A stretch of 64,000 bases of DNA from Cenococcum geophilum (GCA_050273025.1 CP158635.1:9734001-9798000), one strand, 5' to 3'. Numbered from the stretch's first letter, positions 37,577 through 50,267 are shown. Notes: generated by a model not told the origin, from the letters alone. Numbers and translations: made by a program.

Positions 37577-39669
37577 ATGGCCAAGCGAAAATACAAACAA
37601 CAGAACAAAAAAGACCCCAACGGCAATCCTAAGGCGGACTGGGAGTTGGACGATGATGCCGCGCTCGCGGCGTGGCTGGACCATTGCGTGAAGACCAAGA
37701 TTGATTTCAAGGCTAGTGTCGTTGACTATTTGAAAGGAACCCGGGGAAAAGATTTCACGCTTCAACAAGTCGATACCAAAATTAGGTTCATATGGACCAA
37801 TTGTGGAAGCGAGCAGTCGAAAAGCAAAGCAGACGTTTATCAAAAGGGGAGTGCCTGCCTACCTCATTTCTTGGCTGAAGAAAATAAAGCAATCTCAAAC
37901 GCTAAGGAGCATCTCCTTCAGCAACTTGCGAGTGGAGAAGTCTCATCTATGGGGATATCCTTGAACGACCCTCGACTGGAAAGTGCTTCAAGAACTGTTG
38001 CTCCAGAGTCTCAGAGACAATCCAGTCAAGAATCAAAGGGAAAAACCGCTCTGCTGTCACGCCGGAAGCAAATCGAGAAAAATTCATTTCATAAGAGACA
38101 GAAAGTGGGTGGAGATCCAGCAGGTGGAGTTGGAAGCTCGCAAATGGGCAGAAGAAGGCCAGAAGTACGGCCCCACATTTCTACTCACGCTATGATGTAA
38201 AGATTCGGACCCTAATTCTATTGAATAGAGCACCGCTCAACTGGCACAGCGAAGTAAGCTAGATCGGGTAAAGCGCTCAGCTAGGATTCAGGCACAGGAT
38301 ACGACCATTTCAGACAGAGAAGATGGGATCCAGTCGCAAAGACAAGAAGGGGAGTTGGTCAGAGACTCCCGCCAGCAATTGCAGCACATCGGCGGAATCG
38401 ATCATTTATCAATGGAAAGCTTAAACGCTGCCTTGTGGAGAAAGACGCGGCGGCAGGACGCTCGCATTGCTAACCTATTCAGCCAGCTCCAGTCCCTCGC
38501 AAAACATATCAAAGACCATGGGGATTGCCTGGCTTCTGCTATAAATCAGCACAAAAAGGCCCTACCGACCTACTCAAAAGATCAACAAATCAGTATACTG
38601 CAGCAAAAACTAACAGCATCTCAAAGTGCCGGAAGGTTCATAACTATCTCTGATGACCCTTTCGTAGGCGTGACTGAGAAAGAAGTCAAGACGCGTATAG
38701 GAGATATTCAGAGGGATATTGATGAGGCCGTTCACTTAAGTAGTCAACTTTTACCTTCTATCCCCGCAAACACCGGAGACGTTGCAGATAGCGAATGGAT
38801 GCTTCGCCGCAGCCTCGGACTGAACTCGCAATCAAATATCTCCCTGGAATCACTCCTTGAGAAGTTTTCACGGATAAGTCCACGTTCCGTCCTCCGCGCG
38901 TTAGTCGCAGCCGCTGTTTGTGAGTGGATATTCGAATCCGACTTTCCTAATTTTGAGGAGGAAGGATCCCGTGTCCTGGCTAAATATAGAGAGCATCTTG
39001 CTCTGCAAGGTCAACATCACAGATTAATGCACATGTCATTTTTTTACTAATCGATTAATAGATGGCCCATCGATCTTGAGGAGCCTAGACACCGCCGTTC
39101 ACCATTCTTTGATCAACGAAAAACACTTCAAAACAGAACTCATTCCAGAGAAAGCCGAAGAGCTAGCTATACGGCTTTCCCAAGCTCTGACCCCTTTCTA
39201 TCCCCACGCGCTCACGTCTCCTTTGCCTGACGGGTTCTGAACATTGGGGCAGACGGAGGAAGAGCATCAAGAAAGGAGGGCCAAGGTCACCAGCCTCTTC
39301 GAAAACGCTCTCAGGCTGAAAGCGGACCTAATTCTGAAAGAAGAAGAATACGAACTGGTCACTCCTATGCCAGGAGCTCTGTTTGATGCCGCGAGCATGC
39401 ATGTCGACTGGGAATCGGATACCGGTGTAGATCCTCATTTCAACGGACGGTCCCAGATTCAACTGTGCCTATTTCCAGCTCTCTTTTCTTACAACGACGA
39501 TAGCCAAGCCGCTGGCAGAGAGGAAGGCGCAGCAACGAATAAAGATTTGCCTCATATGACTGTGCAGTATCGGAATTTTGCCCAAAGGTCCGACGCTGAA
39601 CGAAAAAGGGCTAGGTTGATTAGCAAAGCTGTGGTGATACTGGAGGAGCCAGAGCCAACCATGGGCTAG
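37577..39669 (+). pseudogene. Three-exon uncharacterised gene (Myb/SANT-like N-terminus, coiled coil, GrpE-like C-terminus) with an in-frame TGA
   Basis: Exons 37577-38164, 38229-39009 and 39062-39669 are joined in frame by GT-AG introns with CTAAT branch sites. There is a single premature TGA at 39238-39240. C-terminus: ALRLKADL..EYELVTPMPGALFD...IQLCLFPALF...LISKAVVIL. Confidence 0.8.
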
Positions 39670-40454
39670 TACCTATTCGAAATAACTCTATCTCACGTTC
39701 CGCGCAGAAAATTGTAACCTAAATCCTCTAGAAAAGCTGGGGCGGGGCTGAGATTCCGTATTTTAGATGCTAGCAGGATTACCATCCTTAGTCTTGCCAT
39801 CCATTCCTTTTCCGCAACGGGATTGAAAGCCTGGTCTCAAGCATGCTACCGTAAAACCTTGGGTCCTAGCCCCAAAGGTCTAACTGAATATTGAGTTTAG
39901 AAAGTTACTGGCGCTTGATGGTTTCATTTTTCTCATAGGCACGGCAAGGATAAATAAATTGAGGTAAGGGACGTATTCAACCCAAAGCCGCCCCGCCACA
40001 ATTCCACAGCCTCCACGCCCTCCTCACATAACATCCCAGAACCACATGTTCCCTATAATGACGAGCTACCTCAAGATGGGCAAATATTGCTGTTCTTCGG
40101 GAAGTCGGCCAGGGCACTGACGCAGTTGGCACAAGGGCAGAGCTAAGTCTCATTAGTCCTCCTACCAGCCCTCCCGAGCATCCTGCTTACAGCACCAGCA
40201 CCTCCAGCCGTGCAGCCGAGGAGAAACGGAATCCCGCCCGGACCAAGAACGATGGAAGCTCCAATGCAAGCCGCGGAAGCGATGACTGCAGCACATTTGA
40301 TAAGATCACAATCACTTGCTTGAGCGGCGAGTACGATGGCTAACGTGACATCTTCGGTTGCTGATGAAGTTTAGAATTACGAGAACGGAGTTCTGAAAGG
40401 TAGGCTAAGGGAAGACTAAGACCTTACAGGTGATATCCCGAGAGATGAGGCTGC

Positions 40455-43400
40455 GGGCAGTCTCCGGGCACAACCATCCCACACAACCATGATTAATAAG
40501 CGCTTACTAATGCACGCACGGGCCGCTATCAAGACTGCGGAAGAACTTCAAAAAAGCATGTCCTCACCGCAACTTACACCACGGAATATCTATGCAACTA
40601 CGTAGTAAATAGACTAGTCTAGGGCGCGGAATTAATAGCTTATTATGCAGACTAAAAGTCCTAAACAGCTTATAAAGTAAATATTAGCCAAAGTCAGATA
40701 ACTTTAACAGCAAGTTTCTGGAAGTTTTCTACTCCAAATCTATACCTTATAAAGCCTATATTAACTTCCTACTGTATAGTATAGCCGATAGCTCTTTATT
40801 TAATATCAATTCGACTCTTCCTGACCTTAATAAGCTCCTGCAGTGTCGCCCTACTGCCTATACTGCCCATACTACCTCCGCTGCTCCAGTACAAAAACCT
40901 AGTAACCGCCAGAGCAACCCCATTAAAGTCCTTAATACTCCACCCCCCCTTCACCAGGTTGCTCTAGCCGCTTGGCGTAAGGTTCCTTAGGCTCCATTAA
41001 CTCCATCTTGGCTTCACCGGCCATAGTATACAGATATAGAGAGCTCAGCGCAGGCCTCTGCGCAGGCCTCTGCGCAGGAGTTGTTCTCTCCTCTACCCCC
41101 TCCTAGAACTCTAACCCCTAGCAGTCGTAAATATCGTGCTACTTCTGCTTCTTTGGTATACAATATAAATAATCCTCTTCCGCAATAGCTTTAATCGCCG
41201 TTACCAGAAGTTAAGATTTAACGTCTAGAGTAGTAGCCAAACCACCGTTTACACCTAGACCTAGTTCCGGTAGTAAAAAGGGTGGTTAACTCTATACCCG
41301 CCCACCACCTACTAGAGCCGTACGAATGTGAGACCTTCGAGGATTCTAATGCCGCGTTTAATTAATACTAGGACTACGCCTTTAGTAAAGGCTTCTTTAT
41401 TATTATACTGTCCTTAAATAATAAAACCGCTCTACGGCCGCACCGTATTTTTGGCTGTAAATACCATAGTAAGCACACCCGGAATTACCGTAAGTTAGAC
41501 GACTTCTATAGTAAGAATAGCAACCAGCAGTAAGAGGCTACTAAGGTACACCAAAAGGACTGCGGCTGGTGTATTCGGGTAGCCTAAAAGAAGCTTCCTA
41601 GCCATGCAGGTAATATCAAAGGATGGGTAGCAACTATTACGCGTGCCAAGCACTCTAATCTAGATACTCTAAAGGCTCTAGAACACAACTTTATCGCGAA
41701 TCCCCTTGCTTATATTGGCCACTAGGATCAACTACTAGAGGCTAAAAAGGCAGCCGCAGAAGCCTACGCTCTTAGGGGAACTTAAGAGACCTATCTTACT
41801 ATACAGCGTCAGCTTTTTACCCAAGAGTTACACATAAGCAAGAAGAAATACTATAGCTTAACGCGATCATTAAGCGGCCTTCCTAGTAAAGCTAAGGGCC
41901 AGCCGCAAGCACTCGGCGCGCTTAAGCTACTTCTCTACTAGCATAGATTTGAGTACCGGTCTTAATATACCTACACAATTAATCTAGAATTAGGTTATCT
42001 AATTGCCCGGAGTCAGGGCTCCCAATGATAAATGAATGTATATTCATACCACTTATCGTATTCATATCATTAAGAGCCCTAAGATATTCATTATCGCGAT
42101 AATATCGCGATAATTAGTATCTTATGTAAGCTATACAACCAGTCTTAGCAAAGTATTAAATTACTTAGAATTCTTCTAAATTACCACCCACCCTATATAC
42201 CTATGTATAGATATATATTAGAACGCGCGGAGTATCTATAGTTCTTAGCGAATCCTTTACTATAAGCCACTCTTTTACACTGCTACTAAAGCTTTAAAAT
42301 ATCTATATATATTTATAAGCTTATAAATATTCACAAGCAAATATTATATTCATATCGCTTATTATTATTAATATTATCGCGATAAGCTTATGAATAACGT
42401 TATCGTTGGGAGCCCTGCCCGGAGTCTCCAGCAGCTTATATTCTAGCTTCCTATCCAGGTAGATTTAGCGCAGAGGTTTATTACTAACTTTAGCTGCCAA
42501 ATAGATGCTATATTTAATACCAATCAATCTAAGCTCCTATTAGCCATTATTACTAGCATCACTAATATAGGGTCCTCTTTTCCAGCAATGCAGTCATTTA
42601 TTAAGAGCGAGTCTCAGCCAGATTAGACCTTTCTACTTAAGTCTACTTAGCAGAAACTTTGGAAACGGCCACCCAAAGTTATTATTACTGATTTTAGTAA
42701 GGGCCTTACAGCCGCCCTATTAGTAGGGCAGTTAATTACAGTTATTCTCCAGTACTGCCAGTAGTATACTGTAAAGGTAATAAAGAAGCGGATTAATAAG
42801 GGGATCTAGACAAAGGTTAAGAGGCCGTATAGCTACTCAGCAAAAGAGAGGAAGGCAGTAAAGGAACTATTTTAGCCCTACCTAAAATCTAAAACGGTAG
42901 CAGAGCTTAAAATTAATTAAAAGGTAGTTCTAAACAAGCTACACCCATATAATAAGGTATGGTTTTAGACTATATACGTTGAAAAGGAGAGCCAGATAAT
43001 TACCTGCTATATTAGGTAAGTTTATTTTAAGCCGGGGAACAGGATACTTAGAGGCATCCTAGGAATAGGTTTTACTATAGGCCAGCCCATAGTAAAGCTT
43101 ATTTCTAGAATGCCTTCAAGCATCCTGCTCTCTAGCTTAAAAACCTTATTTTAACGTCAGCTTTTCCTTAGCCGCTTACTCCCTCACTAGATACCTTCCA
43201 AATTTAGGTGCAGCGGCAAGCTAATAAGGCGAGGGTATTAATGGAGGATTGAAATGCTTTACCAATTATTAATTAAGCCTTAAGGATACTATAATTAAGC
43301 TAAAGAGGTGGATTTCGATATTATATAAGGAGTTAATTAAATCCAAATATACATCCGAAATGTCCCTCCCCCGAATTATTACCCTAGATCTCTTTTAACA

Positions 43401-44757
43401 CTACTTCACGCAGATTAACGGTGTAGTAACACACTACACGCTTTAGCAAATTTTTAACTCTATGCGTGGCGCGAGAGCTTTAACGAATAAGGAAAAGCAA
43501 GAGTAGGCTAATTGGGAGTGGAAGCAGGACGACTGCAACTGCGAGGACCCCTACCAATATGGCCTCCCCTATTGTTATATGCTTATTCGGTGCTTAATAT
43601 AGAGGCTTCCTATATCGCCAGCTTTAATCCACCCTCGCTAGTATATTACAACAAAGCTAATTACCGCTCCAGATTGGCAGCCGCAATATATTAAAGATAT
43701 AGCGTTTAAGGGTGACCCTCTACTAGGGCACCCGGAAGCTCTTACCAGGATCCAGCTATTAGTTCTCCGCCTCCTTAATATTATTAAGGACCTTCCTACT
43801 AAAGAAATAGGCGAGCTTGCTAATAAATTTAAAGACTTTAAGGTAGCCTAAATAGCTATTTTAATTAGACAGGTAGAGCTTCGATTGCTACCTAAGGGCG
43901 CTCCATTTAAGGTTCCTTAAAAGGCTTACTGGCAGCCACCACCTAAAAAGAAGCACGGTAAGGCTAACCAGCGGGGCAAAATAAGTACTAAGATTGCTAA
44001 ACGTGCTGCCGATATAGCCGAGCAAGAGCTCTAAAAGGAAAGGCAGGAGGAGGCCCAGAAGTAGAAGGATATTAAGGTAGATGAGGATATTAAGGTGGAT
44101 GAGGATATTAAGGAGGATAAGCAGCAACCGTTTAACGAGCCGTCGGTGCTATATAACGAAGTTTTAGGGGGGTTAGAGGACGAGGTGGTCATTTTGGAAG
44201 CGGAGGACGACGATAACTCGTGGCTTAATAACGCGGAAGTACTCCAAGGTACCATATTAGACGACCCTCACCAAAATATTAGTAAGAAGGAGCCTATCGC
44301 GAACCATTCGGCATCTGACAATTATCAAGAGCCGCCACCTCTCCTACTCCATCAATCTGGCAGAGCGGCGCGCACTAGAGCTCGAAGGACCTATACTTAA
44401 TTAGCCCGTGGTAATTTTATATTAATCTTAAGTAATACTAACAAGGGTCCTAGTGATCCTAAGCTAAAAGAGGTTGGCATTCCGTCGAAATTAAAGCGAT
44501 CGCGACAGGGAGCTTCTGTAGACGCGCATGAGGCCTATAAAGCTAGCGCACTTGCTATTAGGTCCCCTAAGGCTAAGCGCACGCGTGGTAGTAAAAAGGG
44601 AAAGGATCCTGTTGAAATAGACGGCCGAATATTGGAGTATTACACATGTAAATAGTGCTTTGTTATTCAAATCAAAGTTCGCGATAGTGGCCCGTGCGGG
44701 CTTACTAATTGCTAAGTAATCATGGTTGTGTGGGATGGTTGTGCCCGGAGACTGCCC
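40455..44757 (+). mobile_element. Mutator-like (MULE) DNA transposon, RIP-mutated
   Basis: TIR GGGCAGTCTCCGGGCACAACCATCCCACACAACCATGATTA (41 bp perfect, ~75 bp imperfect). TSD GATGAGGCTGC (40444-40454, 44758-44768; 9 bp if the TIR is one base longer). MULE motifs IDATFNTN..L...GITNTG.SFP, VII.DF.KGL and LQYC.WH. Intron at ~43016-43191. Confidence 0.92.
42014..42417. mobile_element. Non-autonomous hAT-type MITE inserted in the MULE transposase
   Basis: TIR CAGGGCTCCCAA(T/C)GATAA. 8-bp TSD CCCGGAGT at 42006-42013 and 42418-42425. Confidence 0.9.
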
Positions 44758-45970
44758 GATGAGGCTGCCCGGCGCAACTATTGCTGAAGTAGTAAGAGCA
44801 GATAGAAGTACTGTGGAGAAACGCGTGTTCAAGGAATGATACTGGAATGTACGTTGGTACAAATGTGAGTATATTCAGGCTCGGGTGCTGTGGAGGTGGA
44901 TGTTGTCTCCTCTCCTTCCAAACGACCACCTTTTATATTCTTTCGTACCAGCTTTCTGCGGCCCCCCGTGGAGAATACTTTCGTATCTGCACCCCTTGGG
45001 ATGGTGAATGTTGAACTATCCCTTGCAACGTCAGAGTAAGTGATCCGTGCGGGAACACTGTTTTCAAATCAACGCGTGTATCTATATAGAATTCGATCAT
45101 CAATTACACAACCACCATGCCTTCTAATCGTGCTAGAATTGATATAGACCTTGTTCAGAAGACTCTGCAAAAGTCCCCCCAAATAAGACTGTGAAAACAG
45201 CTCCTCCTAAGCCCTATCGTTGCCCAATTTCGAACCTCTCTATATTGACAATTGGAACCACCATACTTCTGAGCACGGGCACCGAATTCAGCTAATCTAA
45301 TTGGTTAGTTCTTATCGATAACCTGAGTGCCCATTTTGACGTTGCAAGGGATAATGTGGGCGAAAATAGCGTCAAAACTATCTGTTTTCTGCGGCAAATT
45401 TCCCTTAAATGGTCATAATTATGACCCCAACGAAAGTTTCAGGGAAATATGTCTCCAAAAGTGGATGGTTCGGATGCGGTTTTCAGATGCATATTTCCCA
45501 CAAACGCCAAGCAGAGTCCTTCCAGCGTCGCTCCGTGTTTTGGCACGTGAAGATAAGATTATGGTTGATAAGACTTGCTGCCACAAGAACCCTCACAGTT
45601 TCGCATAATGTAGCTAATATACTAGAACCAAAGTAGATTGCACATCCATTGCTCAGTCGCGTTACGGAACGCACATTCAACGTTGTGAGGGATATTAGTG
45701 GCCAGAAAAGAGAGAAATCGCTTTCATAAGGATAAAAAATTTGTTGAAATCAATGCTAAGCAAAAAGCAGGCTTCCATCACATGAGCGAAGCCACCCATT
45801 CCTCTGCCTTGCCAGATATCCCTCAAAGGCACCAGCGTCAGTCGATAACATCGTCGTTGTTATCAGATACGCAGTACTGGACCCTCATCTAGCTATCCTT
45901 CTCTTTAGAGTCCTTGTCCAGTTCCAACTCGGTACAATTGCCTGCTCAACCGTCTAAACGTTTGTACAAC

Positions 45971-48289
45971 ATGGCCGAACTGCTGGCCGCAGGCACTGCG
46001 CTAGGTGTTGCCTCCAGTCTCGTAACCTTTAGTGATGTCGCATGGCGAGTTCTAAAGCGTCTTAAGGAGTACAACGATAGAACAGGTAATGCCCCGGCCG
46101 TCATTAAGAACATTAGCGCGCAACTGCCAGTTCTTATCGATAAGATGACGGAAGTGAAACTGGAGACAGAAAAGGGATCTGTATCAATCAACCCACAAAC
46201 TGCACTTGCTGTGGCCGTAACAAGCTGCGACGAGCTTATCCAGCGTCTAGATGTCGTGACTAAGAAGCTGCTTCCTGAAGAGACGGACTCGAGGTCGAAG
46301 CGAATAAAGAAGGCTTTTTCCAGCGTCTACTACGAAAAGGAAGTGTCCAAAGCCTGGGGAGAAATTGAGAACTACAAAACATTGCTCATCCTTCATTTCA
46401 CAGAGACAAAAGGGGCTGTCCAGGAGCTTGAGACACCACGATCAAAAAAGCCCATCTTTATGGTGCCGTTTGAAAGAGATCTGAAATTTGTTGGCCGCGT
46501 TGACATAAACACCGATATTAAGCAAGCTCTGCAGAGGCAGAGGCGTGTTGCAATTGCAGGAATTGGAGGCGTAGGGTGAGGTGCTCTAATTACCTTCGCA
46601 GAGACTATTAAACGTCATGGTGATCGCCGCTAACAGACCTGGTACAGGAAATCTCAAATAGCGATTGAGTATTGTTACCAATTCAAAGAGGAGTACCCCG
46701 AAGCACAGGTATTTTGGGTGCACGCCAGTACGGTCGCCAGATTTCGTCAAGCCTACCAAGATATCGCAAGGCGGCTTCTCATCCCTGGTTGGAATGATCC
46801 AAAGGTAGACACGCTCCAGCTTGTATACGAGCAGCTTACGGATAATGACAACTGCCGATGGCTTTTGATTCTGGATAACGCAGATGATACAGAGGTATTT
46901 TTTCCTTCAACCGAGGTGAAATCAAAGACGCAGGGCGAGCTGGGAGGCGTAGCCCGATATCTCCCCCATAACTCTAGTGGCTTAATTATCATCACTACAA
47001 GGGACACACGTGTGGGAAGGAAATTGGCGAATGGAGAAAAGCCAATTACTGTTCTACATATGACGGTGCAAGAAGCAAAAACCATGATGCTTTCTAGAGT
47101 ATTAGAGAGCTGTTGCGAGTCCGATTTAGACCGACTCCTCGCTGACCTAGAATATCTGCCGCTTGCAATCACGCAAGCCGCTGGGTTCATCACTGAAACT
47201 CGCATTACGCTTTCAGCATATCTCAATCTTCTTAGCGCGAACAATGCAAGCATCCTAGACAAAGAGTTCGATGACTGGAGGAGGGATTCTGAAACATCAA
47301 ATTCAGTAATCCAAACTTGGAAGCTCTCATTTGACCAGATAAAAAGGCGACACCCACGCGCCGCTGAGATACTCTCTCTAATGGCCGTTCTAGATCGACA
47401 AGGACTACAGTCATTTTTACTTTATGAAAATAATGAACAAGAAGCTGAATTTATTATGGCACTAGGAACTTTACAGGCATTCTTATTAATTACTTCTGAA
47501 AAAGGAGGGAGAGTATTTGAAATGCATCGTCTTGTGCAACTCGCGACCCAGAGGTGGCTTTACCTTCAGGGTTCGTTAAGCAATTGGCAAGAACGCGCAC
47601 TAAGTGTATTGTCGGAGAAATTCCCGCTTGGAACTTATGAAAACTGGCCAATATGTGAAGTTCTTTCTCCCCATGCGCAGGTTATCCTACGCTGTACCTT
47701 TGAATCGAAATCTTGCATGCTGCAATATGCAAGGCTTCTTAATAATTTTGGATGGTATAACCAAACCCAAGGGCAGTACAAAGCAGCATACAAGAAAATC
47801 TCCGAGGCGCTTAAAGAAAGGGAGAAGGCGCTGGGGAAGGAGCATCCAGACGCGCTCACGAGCGTTAGTAACCTCGCTGAAGTACTCGAGAGCCAGGGCA
47901 AGTACGAAGCGGCCGAAGAGATGAATCGGCAAGCGCTCGATGGCAGGGAGAAGACGTTTGGGAAGGAGCATCCAAACACGCTCACGAGCGTCAATAACCT
48001 CGCTTTAGTGCTTCAATACCAGGGCAAGTACGAGGCGGCCGAAGAGATGAACCGGCGAGCGCTCGATGGCTACGAGAAGGCGTTGGGGAAGGAGCATCCT
48101 GACACGCTCGCAAGCGTCTATTGCCTTGCGTATTTGCTCTATAGACAGCAGGAGTATAATACTGCGTCAGAATTATACCAGAGGGCGTCCAGTGGCTTTA
48201 GGAAGACCCTCGGTTTGAGCCACCCTACTACTATTGCCTGCGAGAAGCATTACTCTTCTATGATGCAGAAGATGGGGCAGGACGTATAG
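45971..48289 (+). CDS. Fungal NLR-like protein: SesA/HeLo-like N-terminal domain, NB-ARC, TPR (42-aa kinesin-light-chain-type repeats), ~748 aa
   Basis: Exons 45971-46575 and 46648-48289. Splicing reconstitutes the P-loop GIGGVGKSQ. Walker B WLLILDNAD, IIITTRD, LPLAITQA, MHRLVQ and GKEHPxTLTSVxNLA repeats are present. The hydrophobic N-terminal helix MAELLAAGTALGVASSLVTF is typical of HeLo-like domains. No stops. Confidence 0.93.
47820..48118 (+). repeat. 126-bp TPR-coding tandem repeats with high internal identity (~2.4 units)
   Basis: Units start at ~47820, 47946 and 48072 (GAGAAG.CG.T.GGGAAGGAGCATCC). Confidence 0.9.
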
Positions 48290-50267
48290 GTTTAGCATCG
48301 GGTAGCACTCTTTTGCTATGCTAGCTTCTTACGGATAAATTATCTATTTAGCGGCCAAATTCTCCATTTAGGTTAGTACGTTTAAAGCATCTCTATTGTA
48401 GTGCTAACGTCATAAATATACAATTTATTAGGACTTAAGTATAAAAGGCCATTTAACAAGTCTTCTATTCGTACCTAGATAGAAATAAGCTTTATAGCAC
48501 TAATACAGTAGCTAGATTACTTATGAAATGCCCTTTAGGTTTAGCTAAAGTACTGCGAGGTTATCAACCTGAATTGGACTTATTACCGTCTTACTACTCT
48601 CTCGGTTACCGACTCGGTCACCGACTTAGTCTACTACCCCTATATCATGTATATATAGTCTCTTTTCTTTATAGATCAATCTACACATGAGTCCTCATTT
48701 TCTGACCTGATTTTCAGGTCAATAGAGGTATAACTATAACCGAGTTCACGGGAGCTAGAAGCGGCCCTTAAGGGAACCAAAATCGGGCCTGGGTCCTGCT
48801 GCCGCTTGTTAATGTTCTAGTTTGCCTGATAGAGACGGTGCTTTTTGAGAATACAATGCGGAGATAGGCGGATATAAGGCAACAAGGTTGGCACGAACCT
48901 TTTACAGACAGGATTACCGTAAAAACTCTTTATAACGATATGGTTTTTTACATCGTCCATATTATTATACTAAAGGTATCGTTGTATTTAGACTTTGTAC
49001 GTAAAACATATTAAACGTTAAAATTATGTAATAATATTGCATATGTTCTGCCCTATACTGGCTTAAGCCGCGTTTTGGAAAATTCCTGCTTTATACTAGA
49101 ACAAATCGTCTTTAAAAAGAAACGATTTGTGTATCGGTTTTATCGTCTTAATTCCAGAACAATTGCTTCGTTCTAGAAAAGATCTTTAAAAGATTAGGCC
49201 AATTATAAGGTAGTATAGCAGCGTAAGGCTTACTAATGCCTATGCACGAATTATAAAGCTCTTTAAAATATATTATACTAATAACTTCGGTTTTCTTCCC
49301 CTCTTAATCTAATTAGTAAATTGTTATTAGATAACGTCTAGATTAGCCTTAAATTACCCTAACTATATATACACGACGTCGCTAAAACGGCTAGTTAATA
49401 AGCCTAAGTTTAGTAGTTAGTTTATATCTTATACCTAAGTATAAGGCATTTTTATAGAGCTCTTATAGAGCCTCCTAAGGTATTAATTTTCTTATTACGA
49501 TTACCCAATTAGGACTAGCGCAGGGGCTCTAAAAGTTAAACTTCGCAAGCTTTAACGTCTATTAAATTTTATTATTAGTTCTTCCTTATTTACCACCTCT
49601 ATATATAACTTAATTAGATCCTTAATAAGATATACGTCTTATCTATAAGTTCTAAATATATATTAACTTAATTACCAGCTTAAATCTAATACTAGTAATA
49701 GTAATATTAACCTCTATAACCTTTATAACTACCTCCGCTATAACGGAACCTTATAGCAGGAACTACGGTAGATTTGTTAATAGGCTAGGTGTATAGGTAA
49801 AGTAGGAAATTAACAACGTAATAATAACTAGTAGAGTGGTTGCCTAATAGATTAACTCTAATTGTATTCTAAGAATTACTATAAAGAGAGAAACTATTTA
49901 GGTAGGGACCGAGGGTCCTTAAATACACATCCGTACTCCTATAAAAGTCCTTACTCTGTCTACTTTATCTACTTTATCTACTCTATTGCGGATCCTATAG
50001 ATTGCATAAATTATATAGATTATATTATATAACCTTAGTTACTATTTCTTATTATATAGCTCTACCGGTTTTATTCTAAACTATACCTATATTAACTAAC
50101 TAGCTTCTTCTAACTCTTCTCTAAGTAGTTATAATATTGTACTTAAAGCGTCTATAATACTATCTCCCTTCTCTTTATCTTTATTCTTAAAAATATCTAG
50201 TATCTCTAGGTTGTTTACTAGAGGTATAATATCTATTTAATTAATTTAGTTAATATCTTTACTTATT

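Noticed and set aside
44095..44400. Acidic 101-aa ORF
   Set aside because: It is the low-complexity C-terminal remnant of the MULE transposase region, inside the TIRs.
45327..45892. Short ORFs upstream of the NLR (possible amyloid or effector partner)
   Set aside because: Non-ATG starts, no recognisable domain, and no N/Q/G-rich amyloid-type motif.
46753..47994. Antisense and alternate-frame ORFs over the NLR
   Set aside because: These are shadow frames of the NLR coding sequence and its TPR repeats.
48300..49738. Possible gene or TE relic downstream of the NLR
   Set aside because: Partly RIP-like, but I could not recognise termini or protein motifs.
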